Below are positions 12,401 to 26,275 of a DNA stretch of 64,000 nucleotides, in pieces; the stretch's first letter is position 1; each line of letters starts with the position of its first letter. This DNA is from Octopus sinensis (lineage: Eukaryota). The stretch is taken from positions 13,888,001 to 13,952,000 of the forward strand of contig NC_042997.1 in the NCBI RefSeq assembly GCF_006345805.1. Reading direction: 5' to 3'. The position numbers and the translations under genes are program-made. The notes under the pieces are model-generated. The model was given only the letters and a program-made list of their open reading frames with translations. It searched no databases and was not told where the DNA came from.

Positions 12401-12967
12401 CCATCCATCTATTAGCTTTACTTCCTTGTTTAGCTCATAACTACTTAAATAGAGGAAACATTTCAACTTTTGGGCATTTGTTGTTAACATATTTCTAGGC
12501 AATATCTGTTTTTATAGGCTTCCAAAATTTCATCTACTGGATCATATTTTTACAAATACACTGTTCGATAATTTTAATGCTAAGATAATTTTGATTTAAA
12601 TGCCATGGTAGAGCTGCTAAATAACGATATAACAATTACTCTTAATTGGTTATTTCGCAGAAGATATATTCATGAAGGTAAAATTCAAATTCATGTAAAT
12701 TTTCAGCTTTATGTTTTTTAACTGAAAAATTACAATTATTCTGCAGCACATATAAAAAATATTATTATGTATCAAAAAATTGTCTAATTCTTCTGCACAA
12801 AAAGCAAGAGGCTAAAAATCTTTTACGGATAAAATAAACTATATCTCTCGGAAATTTAAGCCAATCTGATAAAATTACACACCCATCACCACTAGGGGAC
12901 ATTAAAATTGATTAATGTCCCTCATAATTGACATTGGTTTCAATATATACGTATATGTATATATTAA

Positions 12968-13032
<65 letters not shown>

Positions 13033-13470
13033 ACTAGCAGTATAGCCAGGCGTTACTTGGGTTTGTTTTTTAGTTGCGCTTAAAACGGCAGACTTTGATG
13101 TCGCGTTAACAAAGTTTTGACAAAGGTTCAATTTTTTTTGAAAAGTAAAAATTTTGCATTATGTAACTCGTTATTCTCTTTAAGTGAATATTTTTCTGGT
13201 TGAAATACACCGAAAACTGGCGACACAGCAGTCAAGAAATCGTAAAAAAATAGGGATTTTCATAGAAAAACACCTTTTTGATATAAATAATTTTTGTCTT
13301 AACATGGCCCGATTTGAAATGTTTCTTCTACGGAATGAAAAGCAAGCCTTTTTCTATCATACTCTCAATTTTGGTCAACTTGTGCCGCAGGGTTTCGGAA
13401 GAGATAGTGTTAGTTGAAGGCTACCAAACATGCCACACTCACACACACAGACAACTTCAGCTTTATATGT
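13033..13470 (-). mobile_element. Non-autonomous Helitron/Helentron-like element
   Basis: Minus-strand 3' end CCCAAGTAACGCCTGGCTATACTGCTAGT (subterminal hairpin plus CTAG). The 5' end ATAAAGCTGAAGTTGTCTGTGTG resembles 33665-34064. Confidence 0.7.
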
Positions 13471-13475
13471 GTATG

Positions 13476-13534
<59 letters not shown>

Positions 13535-15565
13535 TATTTACGAGGGTGTATATATGTATAGAGTTTTATTTTCGTATCATGGATTCGCACTATAATCTAC
13601 ATGATACCGCCGGACTTTCTTCAGATCGGTTGAAGCAAAGGAAAACACAGATTGGCGTGAGTGCATGCGTGCATGCCTACGTGTGTGCGTGTGTGTATAT
13701 AAATATACTTTGAATGCATGTATATTAACTATATAATACACCGCCATACGCAGTATGCGAACAACCATTTCTTCCCCGATTTGTTATTTACTATCCCATC
13801 ATCAAACCAATCCACACTGTATGAAGATATATTTTTCAACAATGTAAAGAAACTATCCAGTAACTAATTATTGGTCACATAGTTCTCTCAATGCAAATAT
13901 TTATATCACTTACCCATAGGAATCACAGCTTCCGTTGCTACGTGTTCAATAAACTACACAAAACGAAATGATTTTAAGTGAAAAACACTATTTGTAGCTT
14001 ACATATATCACATATCTTTGAACTAGTCGAAGAGCATTTAGAAAGAACTTTCCGTGATATAATCCGGGTAATTTTGAAGTAAAAACTTCTGTAACTACAT
14101 GCTGTGTTCCATGCTGATGTATATCTTGGTAGCATATAACAAATCTATACGTGCAAAATCCATGGCGACATTGATAAGTAACTCGGTGCGAGAATAAAAG
14201 AGAAAAATATAAAGTTATTGCAGTATTCGACCTGCAGCTAATATAGCAGGATGGACATTAGATATTTTCCCTTTTTTCTCTTCTTTTCCTACCGCTTTCT
14301 CATATTCTCTCTTTCTCGCTCATTCTTTCCTTATTTCTTTTTCTTTTCCTTTCTCTCGACCATTCTTATTTGTTACTAATCAAAATGTTTGCGATGTAGA
14401 ATTATCTAGAATTAAGAAAATAAACGATATCAACTGTGATAACGTGATTCGAAGTTATTCTCCGGGTAACGAAAAAAAAAGTGTAATTAGATAAATGTGA
14501 GATTTAAAAACAAAATCATCTAAAATATGACTATCATGATAATCATATATAAAACTATATATATTTCAGGAAAGAATATAGCCATATATGGACACATGAA
14601 TACTCAGATGCAAGCGTATACTTGAAAATCAAATAACCATACACGGTGACATGAAATCTCGCAACTACATGACTATTCATAGGGATTAGTAGGAACATAT
14701 ACGTATATACTGTAACTCCACAAAATCATGAAACTGCTAAAAGATGCATTGAGACACTTGGTCTTCTTAAACATACTAGAAAGCATAGCCAGATATAGTT
14801 AAATAACTCCTAAATATCTGTAGTCCAACAAATGTTAGGTACAAACATACAAATAAGAACTGAGTTGCTTAATTGAATAAAGTTTCGTTTACATCCTCAT
14901 GCATAAAAGTGATCTATTTAAATCAAATTTGTACAAATAAAGTAATCTAGAGCAGATAAACTGTGAAGATATGAAAGCATTTCGATGTATCAATTAGTGT
15001 GGCTACCATGTGTGAAAAGAACTGAAATTTTGGGTATAGGTCCTTCGGTGAAAGGAAATACTGACTATTGAAATTGTTAAAGACAGTTTATGGGATAATA
15101 TGTGGAAACAGAAAATAGATAGAGGCAATCTTAATGAATAAAGAATATAGGAATTTAGTTGTAAGTTTTAAAGCAAGAAGGCCGGGAGGTAGGTGTGTTG
15201 ATGTGTGTGGGAGATGTAGTATGAGTTTGTAAAGGAAAAGTTACTCTGGTGAGAGAAAAGGGTGCACCGTAATTCAATGTATAGTTTCCCACTCACGAGG
15301 GAGCGATGCAAGATGTGTTGAAACGATCATTGTGAAAAATAAAGTTTCCAGTATATTTTATCTAAGATATCTATCGTTTCTACTATACTCAACGTGCACT
15401 GAGGAATTCTAACGTAGATCCAGCGACGATTGTACAGTTACCGTCGATGATGCCAGGTAGCCATAGGCAGTGAATATGCTTTGTCGGCATGCTACTAGGG
15501 ACATACCCAAATGCAAAGTTTAAATTTAAATTTAAAATGTTATTTTAACTTATATGTATATATAT

Positions 15566-15616
<51 letters not shown>

Positions 15617-15617
<1 letters not shown>

Positions 15618-15790
15618 GTAGGAGTAGGAGTGGCTGTAGGTAAGTAGCTTGCTTACGAACCACATGGTTCCGGGTTCAGTCCCACTGCGTGGCACTTTGG
15701 GCAAGTGTCATCTACTATAGCCTCGGGCCAACAAAAGCCTTGTGAGTGGATTTAGTAGACGGAAACTGAAAGAGGCCCGTCGTATATATG

Positions 15791-15853
<63 letters not shown>

Positions 15854-16110
15854 TGTGTGTGTTTGTGTGTGTGTATGTGTGTGTGTGTGTTTGTGTGTCT
15901 GTGTTTGTTCCCCCAACATCGCTTGACAACGGATTCTGGTGTGTTTACGTCCCCGTAACTTAACGGTTCGGCAAAGAGACCGATAGAATAAGTACTAGGC
16001 TTACAAATAATAAGTCCTGGGGTCGATTTGCTCGACTAAAAGCGGTGCTCCAGCATGGCCACAGTCATATGACTGAAATATGTAAAAGAGAAAAAGAGAA
16101 AGAGAAAAGA
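15617..16110 (+). mobile_element. CORE-type SINE (family B), full length
   Basis: A-box-like GTGGCTGTAGGTAAG, B-box GGGTTCAGTCCC, CORE-like TTTGGGCAAGTGTC, internal (TG)n and tail GGTGCTCCAGCATGGCCACAGTCATATGACTGAAA. Confidence 0.9.
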
Positions 16111-18125
16111 GAATATATAATATCTTGCTAGATTTTATAAGTGAAAAAGCTGGTGATTACAGGATAAGAAGTTTAAACTCCTCACTGTTCTGTTCATTAA
16201 AACATTTCAGAAATATTTAGAAAATTATAGAAATATGCTAAAGCGAAATACCCATGTTCAATGACTACAGAGTTATATTTTACAAGAAATGTACCTACAA
16301 TATACTTGTACGCTGAAAAGTGTTAGACTCTAGATATTCTCAAAACATGAAATTTATCGTCCTTGACCGGAATAAAAACAAGAAATATTTTGGTTTTGAG
16401 GAAGAGGAAACATTAGCTCTTATGTTCAGTAACGGATAAAATAAATCTAGCTGTATTGAGAAAAAGCTCATCCAGTGATTTTGAAAGAATTCATTCAGAG
16501 AATTTTAAGATAGAATCTTTTGTTTTGCAAGTGAGGGAAATTTATACGCGAAAAAAAAAAATAGAGACAGAGGCCAAATGAATACGTAAAATGTATATAC
16601 GGAAACAAAAGAGGGAATTGCATGTAATAAAAAATAGTTGTGAATAGATCAGTACCGCATGGAAAGTATAAATAGAATTGGATAGTGCCAGGCTTAGACT
16701 GATTTGTGAAGAATAACTGTTGCATGGGAATAAATGTGAGAGACTATGAAAAGGTGACTGTATAGAAAACTAAACAAAAGCTTCATGCAAATAAGAATAA
16801 AATTCTTCTTTTTATTATTATTTTCTTTTAGTGTTGTCCGTTCGTTTACTGTTACAGTCGAATATCGCTTTAACTATGAAAAGAGGTTGCCAGCCTCTCA
16901 ATCTCCATTTCTGTTGGAAGAGACGTTTGAAATGGGTACTCACGACTATCCTCACAGCGATCGTACTCGATTCTGAGAAAAGAAGAGGGAGGGAGAGAGT
17001 GGGAAGAAGGAGAACTAGAAGAAGGAGAACTAGAAGAAGAAGAAGAGAAGAAGAAGAAGAAGAGAAGAAGAAGAAGAAGAAGAAGAAGAAGAAGAAGAAG
17101 AAGAAGGGCGGCTAACACTAGTATTTAATTTATCGACCTCGAAGGGATGGAAATGATGGGATTTGAACCTAGAGTGCAGAGATCGGGAACAGATACTGCA
17201 AGACAAATTTCTAGATCGCCGCATTATCAAAATCCAAATGTGAATTTACAAGGCAATAAAATAGCTAATATATGGAATATTGCTTGAATACTGCAATAAA
17301 ATACAAACGAACCGATGATGTATTAAGCTCACAGTGTCTCTGACCATATTTCATCAAGCAACAGCAACTGATTGGGTAACTTAAGAACTCATCTTGTCTT
17401 TTCTACACTGATTGATATGATCCCACTAATGGAAACACGTCATACTATTTTTTTTTTCCTGATAAACTACTACTGCATAACTTCAAGTATATAATATTAC
17501 GTCTCATCATATATATTATTGAAAACTTACAATATATTCCACATAAAAAGGAATTACATATCGAATATACTTACAGCATGAGAATCTCTATGCGGTCATT
17601 CCGCCTGCAAGACATATCAGCCAAATCTCCCTCAAATCTCAAATATCACTTCTAAGATCCTTACAGAATATAATGTGGAAGTTTTCTGTAAATCAGCAAT
17701 ATATGTCTCAGTTCCAATATCCAACAATCCCCTATGTAGTAGTTTGGGCGTTGTGTCGAGAGCGAGCACTACTAAGCACAAAAACGACTTTTACTTTTAT
17801 ATTCCACAATGTTTTCATATCTCTGGCTAGAGCTTATTATTTCTTATTTTCTCAATTTTCTTACTTTCCACTCTACTTTCGTATGAGATAGAAAGCTCAA
17901 AGGACTTACATTGTTTGATTTTTTTTCTGACCACCACATCCATATCTTATCTCCTTGATTCAAAAGTATGGCCAGTCTCTAAAAAAGAATCCTATAAAAT
18001 CCTGTAATTATCATTCACCATGGCAGCCTGAAACTCGTATTCATACCACTTTTCTGTTGTTTCAAATCTACAAACTTGTTTCACAATCCAAAATATTCTT
18101 CTACAGGTGTAGTCATACCCGTATA

Positions 18126-19403
18126 CGAGGGACGTTCAATAAGTAATGCCTCTGACCCACTTGCAGCTGAAATTTTGCATGTGCAATTATTTATATCTCT
18201 ATAGAGTAAGTGGCAAATTACAGCTCTGAATTAATTGTGGTTTCTGATTTACAGGTGTTTGAACCGAGTCAAGTGTGAAATGGAGCCTGTTGAGTGTCGA
18301 GCAGTGATCCGGTTTTTGTATTTGAAAGGACGCACACCACGGGAGACTTTTGATGAAATGAAAGTAACTTATGGTGATGATGCCCCATCATATGACCTTG
18401 TAAAACGCTGGCATCGTGAATTCAAACATGGTCGGAACTCTGTGGAAACAGCTCCCAGATCTGGTCGCCCCCTTCTGCCATTGATAGGGCATCTGTCCGT
18501 CAAGTTGAGGCTGCCATTTTGGAAGATCGACGCATAATTATTCGCCAAATAGCCCATGAGGTCAAGATTAGTACCGGGTCTGTGGAAACTATCATTCATG
18601 ACCATTTGCATATGCAAAAGGTGTCTGCCAGATGGATTCCCAGGTTGCTCACGCCTTTCCAGAAGCAAGAACGCGTCGAGTGCTTGAGGGTGAATTTGGA
18701 GATGTGCCAAGAAGATGAGTCAAAATTTGTCAAAAGACTGATTACACAGGATGAAACCTGGGTCCATCATGATGATCCAGAGACCAAAGCCCAGTCAATG
18801 CAGTGGAAGCACCGTGACTCACCCCCTCCAAAGAAGGCAAGGGTGCAGCCCTCCGCTGGCAAGGTCATGCTCACAGTCTTCTGGGACCAGGACGGAGTAG
18901 TGATGACAGATTTTCTGGCAAAGGGTACCACAATTGCAGGAGCATATTATGCTTCGCTTTTGAGGAAATTAAGAGAAGTTATCAAAATCAAGAGGCGGGG
19001 CAAGATCAGCAAAGGCATCCTCCTCCTGCAGGACAACGCTCCGGTCCACAACTCGCTTGTCGCCAGATCAGAAGCACAGGCGTATGGCTATGAACTCCTC
19101 CCCATCCCCCCTACTTTCCTGACCTTGCACCCTCTGATTTTCACCTCTTCCCAATCATGAAGTTGTTTTTGAAAGGAAAGCGTTTCCCAGATGATGCAGC
19201 CTTGATTTCTGAAGTCACGTTGAGGTTGGAGGACCAAGCTGGGTTCTTCTACAAAAACGGTCTCCAGAGCCGCATCAAACGATGGGAGAAATGCGTAACT
19301 CTGGGTGGTTCCTATGTAGAAAAAGACTAATAACTGTGCCAAGTTTCGTTGCTCTACTGCTATGGGAAGTGGGTCAGGGACATTACTTATTGAACGCCCC
19401 TCG
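18126..19403 (+). mobile_element. Full-length mariner transposon (irritans-like), 1278 bp, TA TSD
   Basis: TIRs CGAGGG(A/G)CGTTCAATAAGTAATG..CTGACCCACTT at both ends. TA at 18124-25 and 19404-05. Confidence 0.95.
18280..19330 (+). pseudogene. Mariner D,D34D transposase with two 1-bp frameshifts
   Basis: MEPVECRAVIRFLYLKG...RSGRP, WIPRLL, ITQDETW, LQDNAP and (Y)FPDLAPSDF with 34-residue D-D spacing. Frameshifts near 18475 and 19100. Stop TAA at 19328-30. Confidence 0.92.
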
Positions 19404-19419
19404 TATATGTTCCTTTTGT

Positions 19420-20300
19420 GGTAGCACACTGCACTGACTTAGAAGATGTTCGTCTTCTTTTCCACTCATTCTCTATTTTCAGTCTGAATTTTACTGGTCT
19501 TTGTCTTTTACAAATTTGTTCAGATTGCTTGTTCCTTAACAACTATAATTTGCGAGCCAGTTTTTCGAGTTTTCATTTCTCAACCATGACCTTTGTTCTT
19601 CACATGTAACATCCTTTGTTTGCTTCATAAATTTGACAAGTAGTTCTTTCTCGTTACAGCTATTTGTCAAGTGTTGTTCTTTCAGTTCATTAAACCAGTC
19701 AATATTTCGGAGATTTCTGCGAGATTTCTGTCCGTAAGTAAGAGTCTTCAGTGTGTAAAAAACAATTATTTTTAAAATTGCAGCAATGACAGTTTCTTTT
19801 GCATTTAACAAGACTCTGTCGCCTTTTCCTTCTTGATAAATTGAGCCTATCCATATTACTTTTAAGGTGATGTGCGTCCTTGTTGAAAAGCGTCTTTGTT
19901 TTATCCAACTTCGGTTTCGTCTACGCTAAAAAAGTATTTCAAAACTGGTATGATCCACATATTCATTACCGTAATGATATTACCTCCATTTAGTTTTATT
20001 TAAAGTACCTTCTTAAACCATCTTTCGTACCTTTTCGAGGCTTCCTCTCTCATTTACCTTTCCATTACCTTATATTTATGTTAGCACACCCAGCCACTTG
20101 TATCGCTCTTTATCTTTCAGTAATTATTTACTGGGATCATTATCCCATCATATTTAATTTCTTTTTTACCTCCCTTTATAATGAATTGTATACACTTATT
20201 CACTCCAAACAGCATACCGAAACCCTTGCTAAATGTTCGATCTGATTGGCTAAGGGAATTCATGTCTGTTTCCATTTCTATTGAATAATGTGAAATCATC
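19420..20300 (-). pseudogene. Degraded R4/Dong-type LINE RT-thumb fossil
   Basis: Minus-strand peptides include FSKGFGMLFGVNKC, KLNGGNIITVMNMWIIPV and HHLKSNMDRLNLSR, collinear with the Dong-like ORF at 29899-31089. Confidence 0.65.
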
Positions 20301-20549
20301 TATATATAGCAGATTGCGACGGACCGGCGTCTCGTCCAGGTGGGGAACCTATACGCCAACGAAACCGGGAAACCGGCCCTTGTGAGCCAGGCATGGCTTG
20401 AGAAGGAACAAACAACCATAACAACATATATAGCAGATACTTTCCACGTACAAACAAGCTCATAAATTGATTTCACCATCATCATCATATTTGATTTCAC
20501 ATTATGGGCATAAAGTACAATTTTGCTGGATTTTTCCAACATGGTAACC

Positions 20550-20760
20550 ATTAACGAAAAGCGTTAGACGGAAGGTAACTTCTCTGACAATATCAGTTGC
20601 CTCCAGGATAGAAGAATGTTGGAGCTCACGCATGTCTGTCTTGATGTCGAAACGTTAAGACAGATTGAGGAGACTCGGCCTAATGCTCTAATGATAACTG
20701 CTACAACTTGCACGTTCAAAGCTGGGCCTTTCCATATTTAAATCAGTATATTTTGAATTT
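20550..20760 (-). pseudogene. R4/Dong-type C-terminal fragment
   Basis: IWKGPALNVQVVAVIIRALG resembles the RLE-terminal (V)PVVIGALG motif. Confidence 0.45.
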
Positions 20761-21799
20761 GTTTCTACTTCATTCTCTGCACGTTTTTTACTGAAGGAAT
20801 TGCAATATATTATATGAAGCATTCTCATTGTTTATGTCATGTATACTGATATCAGGTCTCCGGTGTTCAATTGCTGTCTATCTAAATATCAAAATTCCAT
20901 GGAACTAAATCCCACTGAACTAAATATCAAAATCCCATAGAATTTTCCTTTATAAGATTCGTTTAAAAAATGTTTCTTAGAACAAGATAGCACAATTTAT
21001 CTGAAGTGTTATGTTGTATTCATATTTTTTCACAGACTTACCGTTGTAGATTAACCCATTGCCTGCCATGAGCCCCATTTGGAGATCTACTAAAAACAGT
21101 CACACTACCGGCTGTTCGTTGTATTTAAAGTGAATTGCTTATGTACATTGCATTAGCAGAGGTGCGTTTAATAATATTTAGTAGTTAAAGTTTGTCATTA
21201 TTAGATCTAGCTAATTCTAGAGTCCCTTTTATGGCATAAACCGCAATTTTTGAACTACAAAAATATTGACTGTTCTGAAAACTTTTTTTTTTTTTTATTT
21301 GGCATTTCCCATCTATATCATTCATTGATATTTCATTTGATACTATAGTTTTTAAAAAAACTAAAATGTTTTTTATTGCAATTTAATAGAAAAAGATAAA
21401 TATGCTTTATTTTTTTCAGTGATCCCCATTTGGGACTTTTCGAAAAATTTATCATAATTTCCAAAATAATTCACTTATGAAGAAAATTTAAATACTATAT
21501 ATTATTTTAACTCCTAAGACGCCTGGCAAAACCCAAACATATGAATAAAAAAAATTTGGCAGTTAAGATAAAAACGTTATCATGACCTCACTCGTATTAT
21601 TCTTTAGATAACATTTTACAGCCTGCTACAGTATACTCAATATTTTCCATTTGCTGATTACATAGACGAAATGTTGCTTATAGCTTGACGTTGAGCACTT
21701 ACGAACACACTTTCAGTTTCTTTCTTTAAATCTCATTTCTGGAGTTACTCCTCTGTGTGCATATGAACTATCCATGTAATCGCATTTCTTCTAGCATTT

Positions 21800-22480
21800 C
21801 CTTTCTTTCACAGATTATACTACTTCAACGTGATTTCTTCTTTTCAGGCTCAACAAAAATCAGTGCTAAGCATATCGCAGCATTTAAGTTGGACTTGACT
21901 CTTTGTATGGTAGTTGTTTACTGACCTTTCATGATTTGTACAATTATAAATGCTAATAAATCCTCATCCTCCTGCCTCCCATTTAATGCATAAGCAGCTG
22001 ATATTTGCCATCAAATGATGTATTCCCTGTACAGTTAGAATTGTCCTCGTTTTCTGTTTAACGTATTTATTTTATCTTTCGTCGAGTTCACTATTGGACT
22101 AGCAAATTCCACTTTAATGCACGGCGACAGCTATCCCTGTGTTGATCGCATTTTTCAAATCATTTATATTAAATTTGGACTTTAATACCAACTATATTTT
22201 CAAATATAATATTTCAACATCGAATTCCGGTATGTCTAAATACTTGTAGCCGTTTTCATCAAGTTCTAAAATCCGTACTTCTAGTAATTTTATACTATGC
22301 TCACTTCCCTCTCTTCATAACTAAGATTGCACACTTTGAAATACTAAATTCTATTCCAGTATTAATGCAATACAGTTTTACTATATTATTAAGTGAACTG
22401 ACCTCTTCTTCAGAATTTATCAATATCTTTACGTTATCCATGAAGAGTATGTAATTTAGGAAATATCCATTTCTTCCAAA
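21800..22480 (-). pseudogene. Degraded R4/Dong-type RT fossil
   Basis: YILFMDNVKILINSEEEV...IEFSISKCAILVMKRGK, ENGYKYL and KTRTILTVQGIHH...GG. Confidence 0.6.
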
Positions 22481-23224
22481 TTTGAAATACATGTCATTAC
22501 GAGCATATACATATATTACATATATTTCTATGCATATATAACTATGCATGTGTATATATTTATATACATACACCTATATACGTGTATATGTATATGTAGA
22601 ACATTCATAGAGCATTCCGACCGCCAAAGGAAAGCTTGTTGCCTCTACTCGAAATTTATAGAACTATATTAGCACTGTTAAAGCCTGCATCAGAATTAGC
22701 GCTTAGGCTTTAATAATGCCGTTATATTCTGTAGGCTATCCGAACCTTAGATTGCAATATTGTAAAGTACGGAGCAATATACACGTCGACAACTTTAAAC
22801 AGTAGAAATATAATTAGCATCACGACTGCAGAAGAGATGGTCACAGAAATATATATGTCCTTTGGCATCAAGTTTCATTTAGCATGTTCTATGGATAATT
22901 ACAGGATATAATTATGGATTTTAATCCTCATGCAATACAAGGCATTAAATATTAATTTCTTTCTCCATTCACTCAAGATTCACTTGATAAGAGTTCTGAG
23001 ATAATAGAAACTCAGTGATGAATTCTTTAAATACACTAGAATATTAAGAGAAAGTATTCGGATAAAGTCACTTTCTTTTCAAATGATTCACAAACACATG
23101 CGTATCAAAGTAGAACTCTGCTTTGCTACCTTCGTAAACATTGTTTAAGCATTTAACTGATTGATTTCGAAATTATCGATATTATATATTACATTTCATT
23201 TTGACCACTATATATATATATATA

Positions 23225-23485
23225 TATATATATAGCTTTCAAGAACCTACAACTCGTTAACATTCTAATAAACATCCCCAGAGATCTACGAGGTGTAGAT
23301 GTGGATACTTTTAAAAGAAAATTTCCATAATTTTTCCTTGGGGTACCAGATTAATTCACATGGTGACAGAAAGCACAAAGAAGAACAACTCTAGCCAACT
23401 CGCTACTCCACCACAAACAGTTTGGGAAAGAAAATCTGAAAATTTGTCACACTAGAGGCGGTGCCCCAGCAATGCCGCCGCGTTT
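23225..23485 (+). mobile_element. CR1-type LINE 3' remnant
   Basis: Resembles 56900-57150 (AACAT.C.C...AGAGA..TAC..GGTGT.GATGTGG...TTTAAAA) and ends with GGCGGTGCCCCAGCA. Confidence 0.45.
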
Positions 23486-23693
23486 GTGTAAAATCAGCAA
23501 AAATAAATATATACATAAATATTTTGTAGTTTTAATTGGAAATATATAGATGCAGCACGGAATTTTGTCAGTAAACAGGTCGCGGTCTCAAAGCGACGAA
23601 ATATTTTGGCAAATTAAATTTAAATGTTGAAATGAATCTAACAGTTTTTCTGTGTCTCTTAAATGGCTTATAAACACCTTCCACGCTGCAATT

Positions 23694-23782
<89 letters not shown>

Positions 23783-23888
23783 ATATATTATATTACAGAC
23801 AAAACCACTATTATGCAAATCAAACAGAGAAAGACTTAAGCCAATACATAAAATAATTTATATAAATTAAAATTTAACAATTATAAAT

Positions 23889-23942
23889 AACCACTACGAT
23901 CGTTTCGTGTCAGCATATCTTTGAGACATTCTTCAGGTGGTT
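23889..23942 (-). ncRNA. Minimal type I hammerhead with palindromic stem III
   Basis: Minus strand reads AACCAC CUGAAGA AUGUC..GACAC GAA ACGAUCGU A/GUGGUU. Confidence 0.75.
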
Positions 23943-23966
23943 TTAAAACCTTCTTGGCGAGTTTTA

Positions 23967-24029
<63 letters not shown>

Positions 24030-24411
24030 ATATAACAAATTATGATTGCCAACTTCGTAGAACAAAAGAATTGTCTTTGTGATCCTCTATTCTTCACCAC
24101 CATCCTATAAAATATACAGTTCCTTTCCTCTCTATCTCTCTTCCACTCTTATACAATCACATATTTTCCTTACAAACTCAGTTACAACGTATCTACTTAG
24201 TATAAACATCACCAGACAGAGGATTTACACCGTGTCTACATGAATGTAAGTACATTCTTATATGCCGATGGATGAGGCTTTAGCCTCACAACAGCATTAC
24301 CCTCTTTACTTCACCGTTACTACCCAAAGCTGTCGCTCCGTTTCTCCTTTCATCCGATTAATATTTCTGTCATACTCCTTCCTCCCACTAGCCATCATTT
24401 TTTACATCTCT

Positions 24412-24446
<35 letters not shown>

Positions 24447-24448
24447 GT

Positions 24449-24512
<64 letters not shown>

Positions 24513-25697
24513 TAACTCACTCACTTTTGTTATCCCTGATTCTGTCGCCTCTCCTTTATACACTAATGATATCTTACGTTATACACTCTCGCTATATTCA
24601 TAATTTGATACTTTTTCGATGAAGTTTTACTCAGAACCACTGATCATGCATGAGTATTAGTATGTGTGTGTTTTTGTGTCTGTGTATGTGTATGTGCGTC
24701 TATGTATGCTTGTTTATTTAAAAAAATACCAATATATTGTAACTACACTAAATATATCATATCAAACAAGAATATTAGTGAAAGCATATTTGAGACCGCA
24801 GAAAGGAAGAAATATCTAAACAGAAAGAAAAGAAACAGAATTAATAATATGCAATTCTTTTGTCTTTTCTTATTGAACATTTCCTCAATATCTTGTACGT
24901 ACACTTTCACTCCGGTAAAGGAATAAATGGTTAAAAAGAGAAAACAGAAGGAAACAAGATATCACTAAATAAATTCCAAAGAAATGGACGTCTTATTGTT
25001 TTACATACAACAGAGCAGACAGCGAGCCTTAAGAATTTTAGAAAATGCAACCATTTATATTTCGTATAACTTATTCATAAAACCAAACGTGATAAAATAG
25101 GAATTCGAATTAATCACCGGAAGCTACTTAATAGTTAATGTTAGTGAATTCCTGACTTGATTCCGCATAAAATAGTAAATTCATTTCTGTAGATTTTTTT
25201 TTTTCGTGAAGGTATATCACCACAGCTTTAAAATAAACCATTCTTTAGAGATATGAATGAAACCACGCAGATGTAAAATAAATGAAGCCATATGCAATTG
25301 CGATCTTTTGTCAGCTCTAATAAACAAAAGCATTATAGACATTTATAGATATTAATGTAGACATACATAGATAATTTGTAACTCTATTTCTGCATACCTG
25401 ACTAATCATTTACACGTATGATTGTGTATATAAGTATGTATTTGTGATAAGGTAATGTTACTATCTGTATGTATGTGATAGCAAAAGAGAATATTTTGTT
25501 TCTGTCGCCTGATATATTGTATCAACTATGTATAGTGGTAATAGATTGCATTTGTTGTGTATAAGAGCAATGATATTTTAACCTCTATATTCACAACGTT
25601 AAACAACAGTTGTACAACAGTTTATGCCTTTTACTAACCCTTGTGGAGGAATCGCACCATATGTGGTGCAATAATAATAATGATGATAATAATAATA

Positions 25698-25734
<37 letters not shown>

Positions 25735-25763
25735 TAATAATAATATAATAATAATAATAATAA

Positions 25764-26259
25764 TGTTATCATGTACATTGTTCTGTCTTGGTATAAAAGA
25801 TGGGCTACAGCAAATATTCTGCTCAATACCACAGATTTGCTTGTCAGTTGTTTGACCATAACCAGTTGAGCATGTCCCTTAGTGGCTGACGATATGTGCA
25901 TCTCTGATCACGAGCAGAAGTAGTGGGGGAGCATCATAGCCATGTGTTGAGAGGGATTCTTTGGGGTTTGAATAATTCACCTCTGGAGACATGGGTGGGT
26001 TTTTCAACATCCTTAAACAACCCTTATTCAGGGACCGTTTGAGCGGGATGGGCTACTCAACCTGAAGGAAATTCTAACTGGGCCCCACCTGCAAGGTTAT
26101 GTGCGGTTTATCTTGATATGAGATCACCATGCCGCGCACATATGGTCGTGATGCATGTGCCTGGTGTACCTTTATCAGACGGGTAGTCATGATGGGTATA
26201 TTGGGCTTCGTATATTTTACCCCAGTTTCACTTTGATGGCATGCACTGCTCTCTCACTC
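25764..26259 (+). mobile_element. About 540-bp non-tRNA repeat (family D), 5'-truncated copy in (TAA)n
   Basis: Highly similar to 26276-26811 and to the reverse complement of 28967-29514. Flanked by (TAA)n on both sides. Confidence 0.85.
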
Positions 26260-26275
26260 AATAATAATAATAATA

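Noticed and set aside
13570-13625. Minus-strand CUGAAGA, 8-bp stem GTATCATG/CATGATAC, then GAAA
   Set aside because: Ten extra nucleotides separate the core from the stem, and there is no stem III or cleavage triplet.
23570-23700. GTCGC/GCGAC hairpin followed by GAAA, related to 51240-51385 in reverse
   Set aside because: It is a repeat family, probably a PLE terminus, but neither copy has a CUGANGA core.
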